Shown: in pieces, positions 26,428 through 40,689 of the stretch | Numbering within the stretch: the first letter of the stretch is position 1 | How the letters are laid out: each line of letters starts with the position of its first letter | Origin: Octopus vulgaris | Lineage: Eukaryota | DNA length: 64,000 nt | Assembly (NCBI GenBank): GCA_951406725.2 | Contig: OX597817.1 | Span: 91,884,001 to 91,948,000, forward strand | Direction: 5' to 3' | Position numbers and translations under genes: made by a program | Notes under the pieces: model-generated | Databases searched by the model: none | What the model was told of the DNA's origin: nothing | What the model saw: only the letters and a program-made list of their open reading frames with translations

Positions 26428-26750
26428 AGCTATGGTCTGGCTTGATGGTTAGCGTGTTTGGCTCATGAGTGTACAGTCATGTGTTCAATTCCTGACACTA
26501 CACTGTGTTCTTTGATCAAAACACTTTATTTCACATTACTCCAGTCCACTCACCTGGCAAAAATGAGTTGTACCTGCACTTCAAATGGCCAGCCTTGTCA
26601 CAGTCTCTTTCATACTGAATCTCTCTGAGAACTATCTTAAGGATGTCTGGGGAATTCTCAGCCACTTGCACATTAATTTCATGACCAGGTTGTTCCATTG
26701 ATTGGATCAACACGAACTCTTGTCGTTGTAACTGATGGAGTGTCAGTTCA
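26428..26750 (+). mobile_element. SINE family C
   Basis: tggttagcgtgtttggctcatgag...gttcaattcctg head; the 3' part is also seen at 55345-55545. Confidence 0.75.
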
Positions 26751-27393
26751 TTCCCTTATTCTCAGTAATTTGAAGGAAACAGATCAATGTGGATGGAAGA
26801 TAAATTCATTATGTGAATGACTGACTGAGTGAATGTATGAGAGGAAGTGAATAAAGTGAATATTTCAGGAAAAGTATGAGTGAATGAGTGAGCAAACATA
26901 TGAGTGTGAATGAGTAGATGAACATGTGAGGGATTGGACATGTGTGAACCAATGAGTGTCTGAGTATGTTAGTGACTTTATGCATTAGTATTTGAGGGTG
27001 TCAGTAAGTGTGTGTGCAATTGTGTACATCAACAAGTGTGTGAATGAATGAGTGTGAGTGAGTGTGCAAGAAAATAAGTTAATGAGAGAGTGTGTTAGTG
27101 CATGAGTGTATATTCATCTGAATGTGTAAATTAGTAAGACAGAGAGCATCAGAAAAGTCTAGATTAATTTTTTGTTTGTTTTCACAACTGTTTTTCCATA
27201 CTAACATGAGTAAGATGAATGTATTACTGAGTTTTTGTTTTAATGCCAGATGCCCTTCCTGTCATTTACCCTTAACTCTTTTTCAACTTAGGGATCTTTT
27301 ATCTTCAAAGGCATATCACCAGTGGATGTATTGACAGGAGAAATGACATTGCTCATTGTAGCTCACAGCATCTGGAGAAACAATTGTGTAAAC

Positions 27394-27424
<31 letters not shown>

Positions 27425-27539
27425 AGGAGGAAGAGAGAGAGAGAGAGAAAGAGAAGGAGGAAGAGAGAGAGAGAGAAAGAGAGTGGTTGGATGGATTGCT
27501 AGGTAGACAGATAGACTGAAAGATAGGTTGGTAGGTGGG

Positions 27540-27790
<251 letters not shown>

Positions 27791-28705
27791 TGGATAAGTA
27801 GATAGAGAGATAGAGAGACAGACAGGCTGACAAATAGGTAGATAGACAGACAGACTGACAGGTAGCTAGAAAGATAGGATGATAAAGAGGTACAGAGAAA
27901 GTATGGGGTGGGGGAGGTTGTGTGTATATTTTGTAAATGTGTATCTGAGATGAGTTATTTGGTACCTGTACCTCTATTTACCCCTTAATTAACATATCTA
28001 CCTGGAAATCAGTGAAAGCAACAGTTAAGAAATACTTAAGATATTCTTAGTATATAAACATACTTTGTATTTGCTAACATTCCTTTTCATTCTGAGTTCA
28101 AACCCTGACCAGGTTAATGTTTTATCTGTTATCTTTCCAGGGTCAATAAAATAAATCACAATCTCCAAGTTCCAGGACTGATTTAACCTGTAGCAGTGAG
28201 TGTCCCAGGATGGCTACAGTCTGATGTTGGAAACCAGCAAAAGAATATAAAAAAGGAGTACCTCTTAATAAATAACACTAATGCATTTTCATACCAACAT
28301 AGGATGTGAAGTATGAAGAGATCAAGGTCATAGATTGAAAGGTTAAAGGTTAAAATGAAAGAAAATGGAGACAAAAACAATAACAAAAAAGGAACATAAA
28401 GAATTTCTAAATCTGGAAAGCCATCTTACCCTTAAGGATTTTTCCAGTTGTTCAATGAGAAGAGGTGAGTCTTGTCTAAAATCAAATCCTACTGGCATGA
28501 TCAGGGATCAGTAGTAATCAGTAATTAGTATTTGGTAATTTGTTTATAACGACAACACTAATGTAATCACATGTGAACAATGTATCATGTGCAAGTCTAC
28601 GTATATATGTATGTATGAGTTTATAGTCACGTGTGTGTGAGTGAGAGTATGTATGTGTGTATATATGATATACACACACACACACACATATGTATATATA
28701 TGTAT

Positions 28706-28736
<31 letters not shown>

Positions 28737-28926
28737 CACACATGTGAGTGTGTACTGTGAATGTATGTATCAGAATGTATGTATCAGAGTGTGGGAGGGT
28801 ATGTATGTGTGTGTTTGTAGAGTTACCAGGAGTAACCAGGATTTTAAGTTGGTTTCTTTTGAATACATGTTATCACTTGTCTTTGATTAACAGGTTTTGC
28901 TTTCTTTTGAACAAAGCAATCCCTGA

Positions 28927-28971
<45 letters not shown>

Positions 28972-29827
28972 TATACATACATGCACTCACTCATGCATAC
29001 ACACACACACTCACACACACCATGCACACTAACTCACTCTCAAACACATGCACCTACACACACACATACTCACACACTCATACAACAGTAGTAACTATCA
29101 ATGGCAACAGTAAACATTGTTACTGGATATTTGAGAGTTTGAGGTGTGGGTGATACGGACGGAGATGAGATTCCAGTATGTTCTGATGACATATCTGCAT
29201 ATATGTATGTGTATATGCAAGTCATTTAAAGCAAATACGTGAGTGATTGTGTATGTGTTTGTGTTTATACCTCTGTGAATGCCTGTGTATGTGTGCATGT
29301 GTGTGTGTGTATGTGTATGTCTGTCTGGCTGTGTGTGTCTGTGTGTGTAGGCAATGTCATGTATCTGGTGCTTGCAACTGTCTTTACTTACAGCTTGCTG
29401 CTACTGGCTGGCTAATCTTGGTCAACCCATGTAGTGAAATGAAAAGCAACCCAGCATGTGTACAGCAGGTGCACACACACTAGGTTGTCAGTGCAAAGCT
29501 TCTCCCTCACCAAAGCTCCAGCTAGGGCCACCTGTACTTACACATAGTAACTGGATGCTTTGAAGTTCCATGTTAGCTTGACAGATCTCCAAGCAGCAGT
29601 GGGCCCCAAGATATGCCTCGACATTTAATCACTGACTACTCTGCTGCACTGAGAGTGATGCCAAAAGAACAAAGGCTGGGGAACAAACCATGGTAGTCAG
29701 TTTTAACTCTTCAGCATTCAGGTTATTCTGTCGAATGTAATGCTTATTTACTCACATTGTTACTCGCATTGGTTTGAATTAATTATACATAAACTTACAG
29801 CTTTAATATTTCAGTGATGTTACTCTG

Positions 29828-30045
29828 TTAATTGTTTCAGTCATTTGACTGCGACCATGCTGGAGCACCACCTTAAAGGGTTTTTACTTGAAGAAATCAA
29901 CCCCAGGACTTATTCTTTGTAAGCCTAGTACTTATTCTATTGGTCTCTTTTGCCAAACCACTAAGTTTACGGGGATGTAAACACATCGACATTGGTTGTC
30001 AAGTGATGGTGGGGTGGGGACAAGCATAGACACAATGACACACTC
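29828..30045 (-). mobile_element. SINE family B, 3' half
   Basis: Matches 43213-43420. Confidence 0.8.
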
Positions 30046-30060
30046 ATGCATAAATACATG

Positions 30061-30091
<31 letters not shown>

Positions 30092-30096
<5 letters not shown>

Positions 30097-30770
30097 CTAA
30101 ATGTGACTAGGCTGTTAGTAAACACCTACATTGCTAGAAATAAGGGCTAAATTGCTCTAATGCTGTAGTTAACACACATGAATGGAAACACGTACACTAA
30201 CAGGGACCATAATTGTCCGAAAAGTGCCGATTTAGAATCCCTAATACTGATACGTCAATTTCAGCAATTTCTGTTGCCTTATCAGTTAATACCACTCAAT
30301 TGTTTGGCTCTTTGTGAACTCACTTTGCCATTTGTATTTATGTTTGTGTCATCTAAATTACTGGATGATTTAGCAATTTGCTAATGTGTACATATAAAAT
30401 TAATATAAACAGCAATTTGCAATGTTTCACCAAAAAGAAGAATTACAAATGTCACTAAATTTGATTAGGGTGTTAGAAAACACCTACATTGCTAGAAATA
30501 AGAGCTAAACCACTCTAATGCAGTAGTTAATGAATGGAAACATACACTACAAGGACCATAATCATCTGAAAAGTGTTGATCGAGAGACAATTATGGTCCC
30601 TGTTAGTGTATGTGTTTTCATTCATGTGTGTTAACTACAGCATTATAGCAGTTTAGCTCTTATTTCTCGCAATGTAGGTGTTTCCTAACACCCTAGTAAC
30701 AGTTAGTGACATTTGTAATTCTCCTTTTTCATGAAACATTACAAACTGTTGTTTATATCAATTTTATACA
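30092..30770. mobile_element. Tandem + inverted terminal-repeat structure (pLTR-like) with a hammerhead motif
   Basis: Direct copies 30105-30230 and 30465-30580; inverted copy 30586-30770 pairs with 30393-30562; flanked by TA-rich microsatellite. Confidence 0.75.
30241..30289 (-). ncRNA. Degenerate hammerhead motif (G8>A)
   Basis: UUAA-CUGAUAA-GGCAA CAGAAA UUGCU-GAAA-UUGA CGUA UCAG-UA-UUAG; all three stems pair. Confidence 0.65.
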
Positions 30771-30828
30771 CACACACGCACACATATATGTATGTATATA
30801 TGTATGTATATATGTATATATATGTATG

Positions 30829-30868
<40 letters not shown>

Positions 30869-30907
30869 TATATATGTGTGTGTGTATATATATATATGCA
30901 CACACAC

Positions 30908-31052
30908 ATGACAGGCTTCTTTCAGTTACCATCTACCAAATCCACTCACAAGGCTTTGGTTGGCTTGAGGCTATAGCAAAAAACACTTGCCCAAGGTGCC
31001 ATACAGTGGGACTGAACCTGGAGCCAAATGGTTGGGTAATAAGCTTCTTTAT
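30908..31052 (-). mobile_element. SINE family B, tRNA head
   Basis: gacaggcttctttcagtt...cagtgggactgaacc. Confidence 0.75.
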
Positions 31053-31919
31053 TTCATGAAATTGGCCATGAAGGCCGTACATAGAGGGAACAGCACAAGG
31101 TGGGGACAAAAAACCAAAATGAATGGAAAAGATGAATTGAATATAATGAAAAAGTGGAATGAAGCCATTCAGCTCCACCTCCGAACAACTTTATTGAACC
31201 TGTTAATACAACCCATTTTTTAAAAACATTAATTTAAACTACCATTGATAATGCCTTTGTGACTGCCAGTTCCCACTTTTTTGGAAAATGTCTATGTCAA
31301 GTTCCTTCAAAATGTAAGCATAACTTACCCTTTTAGATATTTTGCTGGTGTCCACTTTTGTAACCCACCAATCGAAATCAGTTTCTTCTTCGTACTTTAT
31401 CAATCTTGAGAGGTACTTCGGGTCCACCACTGCACAGCAAACGTCCTCAGGCAACCTTCCTACTCTTGTTATGTCCACTTTTATTGCTTTTTACCATGTC
31501 TTTATCTTGTTGCAAAGTTCATCTTTATTCCTGTTATATAACAAATTTATCTATGGCCCAGGGTGGGGAAGTTTGGGGCTCCTGTGTGTGTATGCCTGTG
31601 GTTATGTCAGGTGGGGTATGGAGAGGGTTGGTGTCTGTTGAAGTGGTTGAAAGTTGAGTGGGTGTGGGTGGGAGCTGGATGGGTGTGGGTTGGGGGTCGT
31701 CCTTTACCATGAGTGTCCTCTTTCTCCTCTTCCTTCTCTTTTTTCCTGCCGTTTCCCAGCTGGTGTTTACCTCCTCTTCTTTGATGCTGCTACTGGTCTT
31801 TGTCTGTGGTGCCACTTCACTCTTCTCATGATATTCCTTAACCTCCACAGGCAGTGGAGCACTAACCACTTTCTCACTCTCTTGCCTTTTTTTTATTCTT
31901 TGCAGGTGGTGGAGTACAA

Positions 31920-32545
31920 TCCGTTCTAATGTGGCCTGATATTTACACAGGAGCTTACTGCTGAAAAGGATGCAGAAGTTACTACTAGAACTCTTGCAAA
32001 GCTGGAACAAAACCAGGATGTAACCTTACAGTAAGTGTCAGAATAATGTGAAAGGATAGTCAAATTAAGACACGACACAGAAGAAATAGAACATAAAGAC
32101 TGTTTCCAAGTAAAGCAAGTACAAAATAGTCAAAATAGAGATAAAGTGTTTTCTAAAAGACATGACAAAAATCAGGAAATAAACCTATGTTGTGCATGTG
32201 GAGGTATACACCTGAGGAAAAATTGTCTATTTAAAAAAGTGGAGTCCTTTTGTTCTGGTAATATCAGACATATAAAGGCACACTGTAGAACAAAGATGAC
32301 AAAACATCAGAACAAAGGAAAAAAAATAAAAAGTATATCATCAGAAGAAATTGATAATATAACAATGAGGAACTTCGTGCATGTAAAAATCAGAAAAGCA
32401 GTTGGACACTGATAGTGATATCACCATTATAAATGGAAAAACTTGGAAATATGTCAGTAAGCTGAAATTAATTAAATCAAGAAATGTAGTACATGGTGTT
32501 AAGGAAAAAAGATTATGTTCAAGGATCCACAATTAAGGAAGACGG
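31920..32545 (+). mobile_element. Ty3/Gypsy gag-protease remnant
   Basis: LIFTQELTAEKDAEV...KLEQ; zinc-knuckle-like CCACGGIHLRKNC...HIKAHCR; protease-like QLDTDSDITII. Confidence 0.7.
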
Positions 32546-33224
32546 TCGTCATCAAATTTTATAGACAACCGTGATCAAACTAAAAAGTTTATTTAAAGAA
32601 AAATCTTACTTTAAAGAATTATCTCCCTTCGGTACAAACTGTAACAACCTCTTTTCATTAACTAGTAATTGATTGAAAGACGGCAAGCTGGCAAATCGTT
32701 ACCATGCTGGATAAAAGGCTTAGCGGCATTTAGTCTGTCTTTAAGTTCTGCACCCCCAAGCATAAATCCCACATCCCATCTTTTGCTTCAAACCTTCATC
32801 TCCTAGCATAAAGCCTACATCTTATGTTTTTCAAGTCCTCATCTCCTATTACAAAGCCCACATCCTACTTTGTGTTTTATAATCCTTACTAGTGCTTGTG
32901 GTATAAGAAAAGCACCCAGTATACCTAGTAATGTGGTTGGCATTAGGAAGATTATCCAAGCATAAAAGCCATAACAAAGCAGACACTGCACTCAGTCCTA
33001 GCACCCATTAAATGATGATGAGGATGATGATCTCCAAATCGAACATACCCCGCTTATTTTTTCAACAAAATCAATATTAAACTTAGAGGTGTATATACTA
33101 CATGGTATGATGCTGCAAATGTTTTCCCCACCCAGAAAAAACCCTACATTAATAAAGTTACGTATATTATCATTTAAGATTATTTTATCATTATACATAA
33201 ATATATTTTATATAAAATAAGATA

Positions 33225-33437
33225 TTGATTTCAAATTTTGGCACAAAACCAGCATTTCCAGAAGGGCTAAGTTGGTTTAATCAACCCCCTGTGATCAATT
33301 GATGCTTATTTTATTGATCCCAAAAGCAGGAAAGGTAAAGTCAACCTTGAAAGAATTGGAAATCCCAACATAAAGACAGACAAAATGCTGCTGAGCATTT
33401 TGCCCTGTGTGCTAACAATTCTGCCAGTTTGCCGTCT
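33225..33437 (-). mobile_element. SINE family A
   Basis: Homologous to 20547-20759. Confidence 0.75.
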
Positions 33438-35853
33438 TGTATAGAATAAGAAATTAAAAGATAATGTATTAGATTATAATAGATTACCTACTCTTGTAGC
33501 AGTTATGTAATCCTGCATGTATTATACATAATAATAGCCAAGTTAGGCCCTAATAAGGAGATGTGTATTGCACATAGACTTTTAAAATGACATTCATAAT
33601 GAAGAGAAAGCAAATCATTAACTCATTGATTAGTTCTAGTCAAGAAAGATAGGGAAGAAACACTAAAATTTAAATTGGTTAAAATAAATTAAAAGTTGAC
33701 TGAGGGCATGTAGAAGAGCTAGGTTATGGTCTTGGGAAGTGCACAAACAACTTTAGACATGTGACTATATTATTAGAGCTCCTTTATACCTCTCAGTCAT
33801 CTAAGGTTTGGTAAAACTACATTTCAGTAAGAAGGTAAGTTTATAATGTAGAAATATATCCACAGTTGCCACTGTATCCACCCTCAGACTCACATTTCAC
33901 TTCATACTACCAACCTTCATCTAATCAATCTGGATTTCAGAGTTCTTTCTTTTACCTTTTTTGACAAGAATTATCATTAACACTACAAAGCTTCCTTTTG
34001 CTTAGAGCTGTAGTTTTGAGTTATTTTTACATTGGAAGGAAGTTGAAAAACTCATTACTTTATGTATATAATCCTGTACTTAACTATATATTCATCATGC
34101 AGGGAGCAGCCTTGGAAAAATCAAGCAGTCATAGATTCATTCTTTCTCTTTCTTTTTTTCTTTCGTACTGGTATTTCGTACTGGTATTTCTCTGGTATTT
34201 TTGCTCATTGTTCATCATGTGAACAACAGTGTATATCAGACCTCAGCTGTGGAGACATATGAAGGTGAGGAAGAAAGGGAGGGAGAGGCAGATAGAGAAA
34301 TAGGGACAGTAAGAGAAAGAAACAGAGAGAAACCATTAGTGTCACGCTCATACTAAATAAACTTTTTGCTTTCATTGTTACAATAATTTGTTGTTGAGGG
34401 TCCAGTAATTGTTTTTTTAATATTACTTTCTTAACATGATGTTATTTGATAGTCAGACAGATCTTTCTAGAAAAAAAAAAGAAAAGATAAACAAACAAAA
34501 GTAAAATTATAAAAGTTTAACTGAAAAATAAATTCAAATAAAACAGTGAATTAATATTAAAAAATACCCATAAACACAAGCTTTTTTTAAGAAAAATACG
34601 AAAAATAAAATGAATTTAGTTAATGAGATATTCAATATTTTTGTTAAAACTGATGTTTGGTCATTTAAAGATGTTATAGCAATGATGCTTAAATCTCCAG
34701 CAACTCAGAAATGGCTGAAACCTACAGATTCCCACATAATGCCACGAGAATTTTCACAGAAACTATGATCAAAGATATTGATTAAATCTTTAAAATGTCA
34801 TAGAACATTGAGGTTGAAAGAAAAAAAAAAGAAAACTAAATGAAAATGGGATGGTTTAAATATGTGGAAGTGAACTCATTAATATGAAGATTGGTGAACA
34901 TATGGTACTTTGGTCTGTTGGTTCTTCAACTTCATCAAATTCAAAGATTACAGGAGAAATATTTTAAGGAAACTCTTGGAGTATTAATTAAATAAGAATC
35001 AAAGAAAATATTAATAACAATGTGCGAAGGTTGGGAATTCTCTAATGTTCCTGTGTTTAGGATGGTAGTTCAGTAGATACACAGCTGTATGTATGTATGT
35101 ATGTATGTATGTATGTATGTATGTATGTATGTATGTATGTATGTATGCATGTATGTTCGTGTATGTGGTTCTTGTTGTTGTTGTTGGTGGTGGTGGTGGT
35201 GGTAACAGTGATGTTTAACCAAAATAAACCCTGATTATAACAGTCCACATTCAAGCCATGACCATCCTGGCATTAATGGTCTGTAAGACTACAATATGGC
35301 CTTTCCTTATTTAAAACTGTCGAGCATGATTTGAAGAAAATTTGGCTGTTATTTCTCTTGTGCTAAAATGTTTAATATGGCTTTCTTCCAGAGAGTTCTT
35401 GGTTCAGCTCTCAGCTGATTCAAAACCAGTTATGGCTATAGTTGAACTGTTGATATACAGTTATATACATAATGTAATATTTATTTCCACTTAAATGCGG
35501 CTGTTCTGTTAAAGCAGACTTTACTGTGTTAGATACCATGAGAGAAACTGTCATAGGCTTTTGCTCCAAAATGCACACTTGTTTATATTGCTAGCAGGAA
35601 GATAAATCCCCACCATCTCCAGCACTGAGACCATCAGATCACATGATTTCAACATTCCTTGGTCTCATCAATGATGGACACTCAACTGCTAGAGGTAGCA
35701 GTGACTCACCTCTCCACCAGCGATATACAGAAAGTCAGTACCAGAACAGGCACTGTTACAGTTTCAAGTATGGAAGAAAGAGATTTCATTTTCAGCCAGC
35801 ATTAGTTATTTCTTTTCATTCTGAGTTCAAATTTTATGAAGCTCATATCTAGA

Positions 35854-35906
<53 letters not shown>

Positions 35907-36264
35907 ATGCATGCGTGTGTGCATGTGCATGTGCGAGCATGTGCACACACACAAACACGTGCACTGTAACTGCTCTAGGTATGTTTGTGTGCTATACTAC
36001 TTTCTTTACTATGTTTTAAGTGAGAGTTGTGAATGTTATAGAATTGTTGTATGTACCTTTTAATATTTTTGTCTTTTGTGTGTAATATTCAGTTTGATGA
36101 GTGGTTGTACTTGATTTTTGTTACTTAGAAAGGGGATATTGTATTTGGTTGGTGATAATTTAAGTCTATTGAGTGTGAGCCCAGAACATGATTTATATTG
36201 GGTGGAGTAGGTGTGCAGCTATGTTTGGAGAATGGGGAGAGAATACAAAGCAAAAAATTAATAA

Positions 36265-36790
36265 TTAACTTATTGTATACAGTGCTCAGGTGCTGTACAA
36301 CTCAGGAGAAAAAGTAGCTAAAAGTGCATGAACAGTACATAGAATATGCAAAGGAAGTGAATAAAGTTGTTACAAAATAAAAAGAGGAAAGAAAAATTTG
36401 TGATTTCATTTGTATATGGCCCTGTGCATATAATTTAGGGAAGTGTAGGAAGGTCATGTTGGTATAAGTTGAAAAAAGAGGTTGATACCACAATTTCTTG
36501 AGGTAATCCATGGGAGAAATTGCAAATTTGGGAAGTATTTTTCTTGTTCGCTTCATATGCTTGATGATTTGATAAGTAGTTTGAAAGCCAGCATTTTGTG
36601 TTGTTTCTTAAGATGGTGTCACGTAAATTTTGTATGCAGAGACTGAGTGAAATAAAACCATAATATTTGTTTTGTGTGTCAGCATTGTTCATCATTGAAG
36701 TCATGTTAGGTTCATGAGTAAAATTGTGGTTGGATATAGTCATCTGAATCTATATTGGATCAGTTCTCAGACTAAGCACTGTGGCACACA
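36265..36790 (-). mobile_element. Decayed CR1/Jockey-like LINE remnant
   Basis: WLSNYLSN...HGLPQ.IVVSTSFFNLYQHDLP RT-like motif; 3' tail gcacctgagcactgta shared with 39850-39880. Confidence 0.5.
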
Positions 36791-38510
36791 GCTGTGTCAC
36801 AAGCAATATCTAAATCAATGGTTTTCAATTGGGGTCCATATAAGATTTTGTTGTTATTATTTAGGTGCAGTAACTTGTTTATATGTCTACAATATACAAA
36901 ATATTTTTAATTTTTCATACAATTCCTAATATTTGATTATAAATGTGTAGGAGGATTTATTTTATTTACAGTGAATGGTTCTGGAGGTCCAGTTATGTAA
37001 AGTAGAAATCAAAGGGGTCCATTGGCAAAAAATGGTTGAGAACCATTTGTCTTAATGCATTGCAGAATTTAAAAAATTTATTTAAGGCTTCAAAAAAAAT
37101 CCATGTTAATTTTTGATTGTCCTGAAAACTGTGATTTATAATTTTGTTAAACATAAATATGGTTAATCTAACAAGGTTTCTGAGTTTTCAGTTTATTATT
37201 TTCAGCTTCCCATGTGAAATGCACCAGCATTTTTTACTTTGATCTCCAACATGCCATGAAGTCAAACATTGAGAGCAGTTATTAAAATATCAAATAGTAA
37301 TAGAAGATTGGCAGAAAAATTAGAGCATCTGACATAATACCTTATGCTTTTCTTCTGGTTTCTTGCATTCTGAGTTCAAATCTTATAAGTTAACTTTGCT
37401 TTCACTCTATCAAAATTGATAAAATAAAATACCAGCCAAATAGTGGAATCAGTTTAATTAACTAAACCCCTGTCCCTCAAAATTACTGATTTTGTGCTAA
37501 AATAATAAACTATTATTATATTGTGAGAGGAGGATGCAAGGATTAACAGTGTCCCGGTTTAACATTTCTTGGCAATCTGAGGTCGTACATGAAGATAGGG
37601 TGAGATGTCCATGATTATTATATCATTTGACTTATGTTGTTCATGATTATTGTGAATATTCTCATCTTTGTAAATCTGGAAATTTGATAGATCTGGTATG
37701 GGCAGTTCTACAAATTGGTGAATGCAGCATCTCTCTAATGACATAGATATTTTAGGAGTTTTGGGTTTTTAGATTTCTCTATTGCTTTTAGTCTAATTGA
37801 AGGAAGGGAGTCAAAATTATGTCTTAAATGGAAGAAATGTAGTTTTCATTTTGTGTTCTGTTTTTTCTTTTTTTTGTGCAGTTTTTGATGGTTGATTTGT
37901 GTAGATGTGTAAGCATATTGTTTGGGGTTGTTATTGTCAGAGGGTATGGTGTAACTTTCATTACTGTTGTTGTAAATGATGTTGCTGTTGCATGTATTAC
38001 TATTTTCTTTATATTTTATTTTATTGGTAGGTGTGTACTTTATGCTTGATACGAATATTTTCCAATTAAATGTTTTTATGATTTATTATTGTTGTTGTTG
38101 TTATCATTATTATTCAATAGTCTTATTCTTATTGCTTATTTTTACTGTACATTGGAGCACAGTTCTATGTGCCTTGGGTAAACATAGTATTTTGTGTTAG
38201 TTTTGTTATATTCCCTTTAGTGAATGTGCTCTACATAATACGTATGAATGCTAAACAGCTGCTTTCTGTGTTATACATATTTCTAAGTCCTAAGGTGTTG
38301 GTTATGTATTTGTCTGAATGTTTTTGATCATTCTCAAAGTACTTGTTATTATAATTAATTGTATGTATGTGTTAGTCTAATTTTCTTATCGTAGTTTCTT
38401 TATCTAGTATTATTATTATTTTCATCATCATTACTATTATTATTGTTGCTGTTGTTGTTGTTGTTATCATCAGCATCAGCATCATTATTATTATTATTAT
38501 TATTATTATT

Positions 38511-39064
38511 GAGTGAGCGAGCAGAGCATGCCATCAAAGTGACACTGGGGTAAAATATACGAAGCCCAGTATACCCATCATGACTACCCGTCTGATAAGG
38601 GTACACCAGGCACATGCATCACAACCATATGTGTGCGACATGGTGATCTCATATCAAGATAAACAGCACATGACCTTGCAGGTGGAGCCCAGTTAGAATT
38701 TTCTTCAGATCGAGTAACCCATCCCGCTCAAAAGGTCCCTGAATAAGGGTTGTTTAAGGACGTTGAACGAAACACCCATGTTTCCAGAGGTGAATTATTC
38801 AAACCCCAAAGAATCCTTCTCAACACATGGCTATGATGCTCCCCCACTACTTCTGCTCGTGATCAGAGATGCACATATCGTCAGCCACTAAGGAACATGC
38901 TCAACTGGTTAAGGTCAAACAACTGACAAGCAAATCTGTGGTATTGAGCAGAATATTTGCTGTAGCCCATCTTTTATACCAAGACAAAACAATGTACATG
39001 ATAACACTTCCAATCAGTTAAGATCAGAAGCCATGAGAGCCACTGCCTGGTACTGCATCAGGGC

Positions 39065-39065
<1 letters not shown>
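38511..39065. mobile_element. ~555-bp non-coding element inserted in a (TAT)n/(AAT)n tract
   Basis: Sharp-edged, CpG-retaining block bounded on both sides by (TAT)n; no ORF. Confidence 0.6.
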
Positions 39066-39127
<62 letters not shown>

Positions 39128-39144
39128 TACTATTATTATTACTA

Positions 39145-39585
39145 TTGAGGTGGTGAGCCATCAGAATTGTTAGCATGCTGGACAAAATGCTTAGCAGCAT
39201 TTCATCTGTCCTTATGTTGAGTTTAAATCCCACACAAGTTGACTTTACCTTTGATCCTTTTGGGATCGATAAATTAAGTACCAGTGAAGCACTGGGGTTG
39301 GTGTAATTGACTAGTCCCCTCATCTAACATCTCATGCCTTGTGCCTCTAGTAGAAAGTATTATTATTATTATTGTTGGCAAGCTGGCAAAATTGCCAGCA
39401 CACTGGGGGAAAATGCTTAGCAGCATTTTGTCCATCTTTTCATTCTGAGTTCAAATGCCACCAGGGTTTACTTTGCCTGTCATCTTTTTTGGTTTAATAA
39501 AATAAGTACAAGCTGTAACACTGGGGTTGATGTGATCAACTTACCCCCTCCCCAAAATTGCTAGTCTTGTGCCAGCATTTGAAAT
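39145..39585 (+). mobile_element. Two tandem SINE family A copies
   Basis: 39145-39358 and 39375-39585, separated by (TAT)n. Confidence 0.75.
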
Positions 39586-39609
39586 TCATTATTTCTCTTT
39601 TCTCTTTTA

Positions 39610-39877
39610 TTTTTACTTGTTTCAGTCATTTGACTGTGGCCATGATGGAGCACCACCTTTAGTTGAGCAAATTGAACCCAAATCTTATTGTTTGTAAGCC
39701 TAGCACTTATTCTATTGGTCTCTTTTGTCAAACCATTAAGTTAACTGTCTGCATCAGTTGTTGACTGCCATGACACTGCATCCTTTAAGGCCCTCATGCT
39801 TTCCGAGATCCGCCGAAACTACACCTGATTATATATACACTTTAGATGAGTTGTAGTGCACCTGAGCACTGTACATA

Positions 39878-39909
<32 letters not shown>

Positions 39910-39991
39910 GGAGATGTAAACACACCAGCATCGGTTATCAAACGATGTTGGGGGGACAAACACAGACACACAAACATATACACACACACAT

Positions 39992-40061
<70 letters not shown>

Positions 40062-40220
40062 GACGGGCTTCTTTCAGTTTCCATCTACAAAATCTACTCA
40101 CAAGGCTTTGGTTGGCCCGAGGCCATAGTAGAAGACACTTGCCCAAGGCGCCATGCAGTGGGATTGAACCCAGAACCATGTGGTTCGTAAGCAAGCTACT
40201 TACCACATAGCCATTCCTAC
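39610..40220 (-). mobile_element. SINE family B interrupted by a CR1-like LINE 3' end (39744-39909)
   Basis: The SINE breaks at aagtta and resumes at tggagatgtaaacacacc; the insert reads LSASVVDCHDTASFK and ends in (TAT)n. Confidence 0.75.
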
Positions 40221-40689
40221 ACCTATATGGCCACTCCTACTCCTCACCATCATCATCATCATTATTATTTCTTTGTTTAATCACTTGCTATTGCATTTTA
40301 TTTCAGTTGTGTATAACGTTGGTGCATTGTATTTGAGGTTGTCCCTGTTTTTCTTTTTACTGCTGCTTTGTGGTATATGTTGTGGGTATGTCTATAATTA
40401 TTTTGTTGAATGTGTGAACATATGTCAGTGTCTATGTTAGTGATTGTAATGTTGTTCAGCTCTGAAAACCTTCATTGATTCATGGAAAAAGTCACTTCAT
40501 TGAATATTTTTGGAGTGTGTAGGCACAAAGTAAGGATATTGATGATTATGTATTTATGTGTGTGTGAGTGTGTGTATGTGCATGTGTGTCAGTGAGCTGG
40601 CAGAAACATTAGCACGCTGGGTGAAATGCTTAACTGTATTTCATCTGTCTTTACGTTTTAGGGAGAAAGTCTGCTTAGATGAGATGCAA

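Noticed and set aside
31210-31900. Minus-strand ORFs with a basic KKRRKRRKR patch
   Set aside because: No recognisable domain or splice pattern; possibly a decayed retroelement ORF1.
34097-34270. Possible signal-peptide exon ending at GAAG|gtgagg
   Set aside because: The ATG frame stops before the donor, and no consistent frame runs across the 13-bp tandem repeat.
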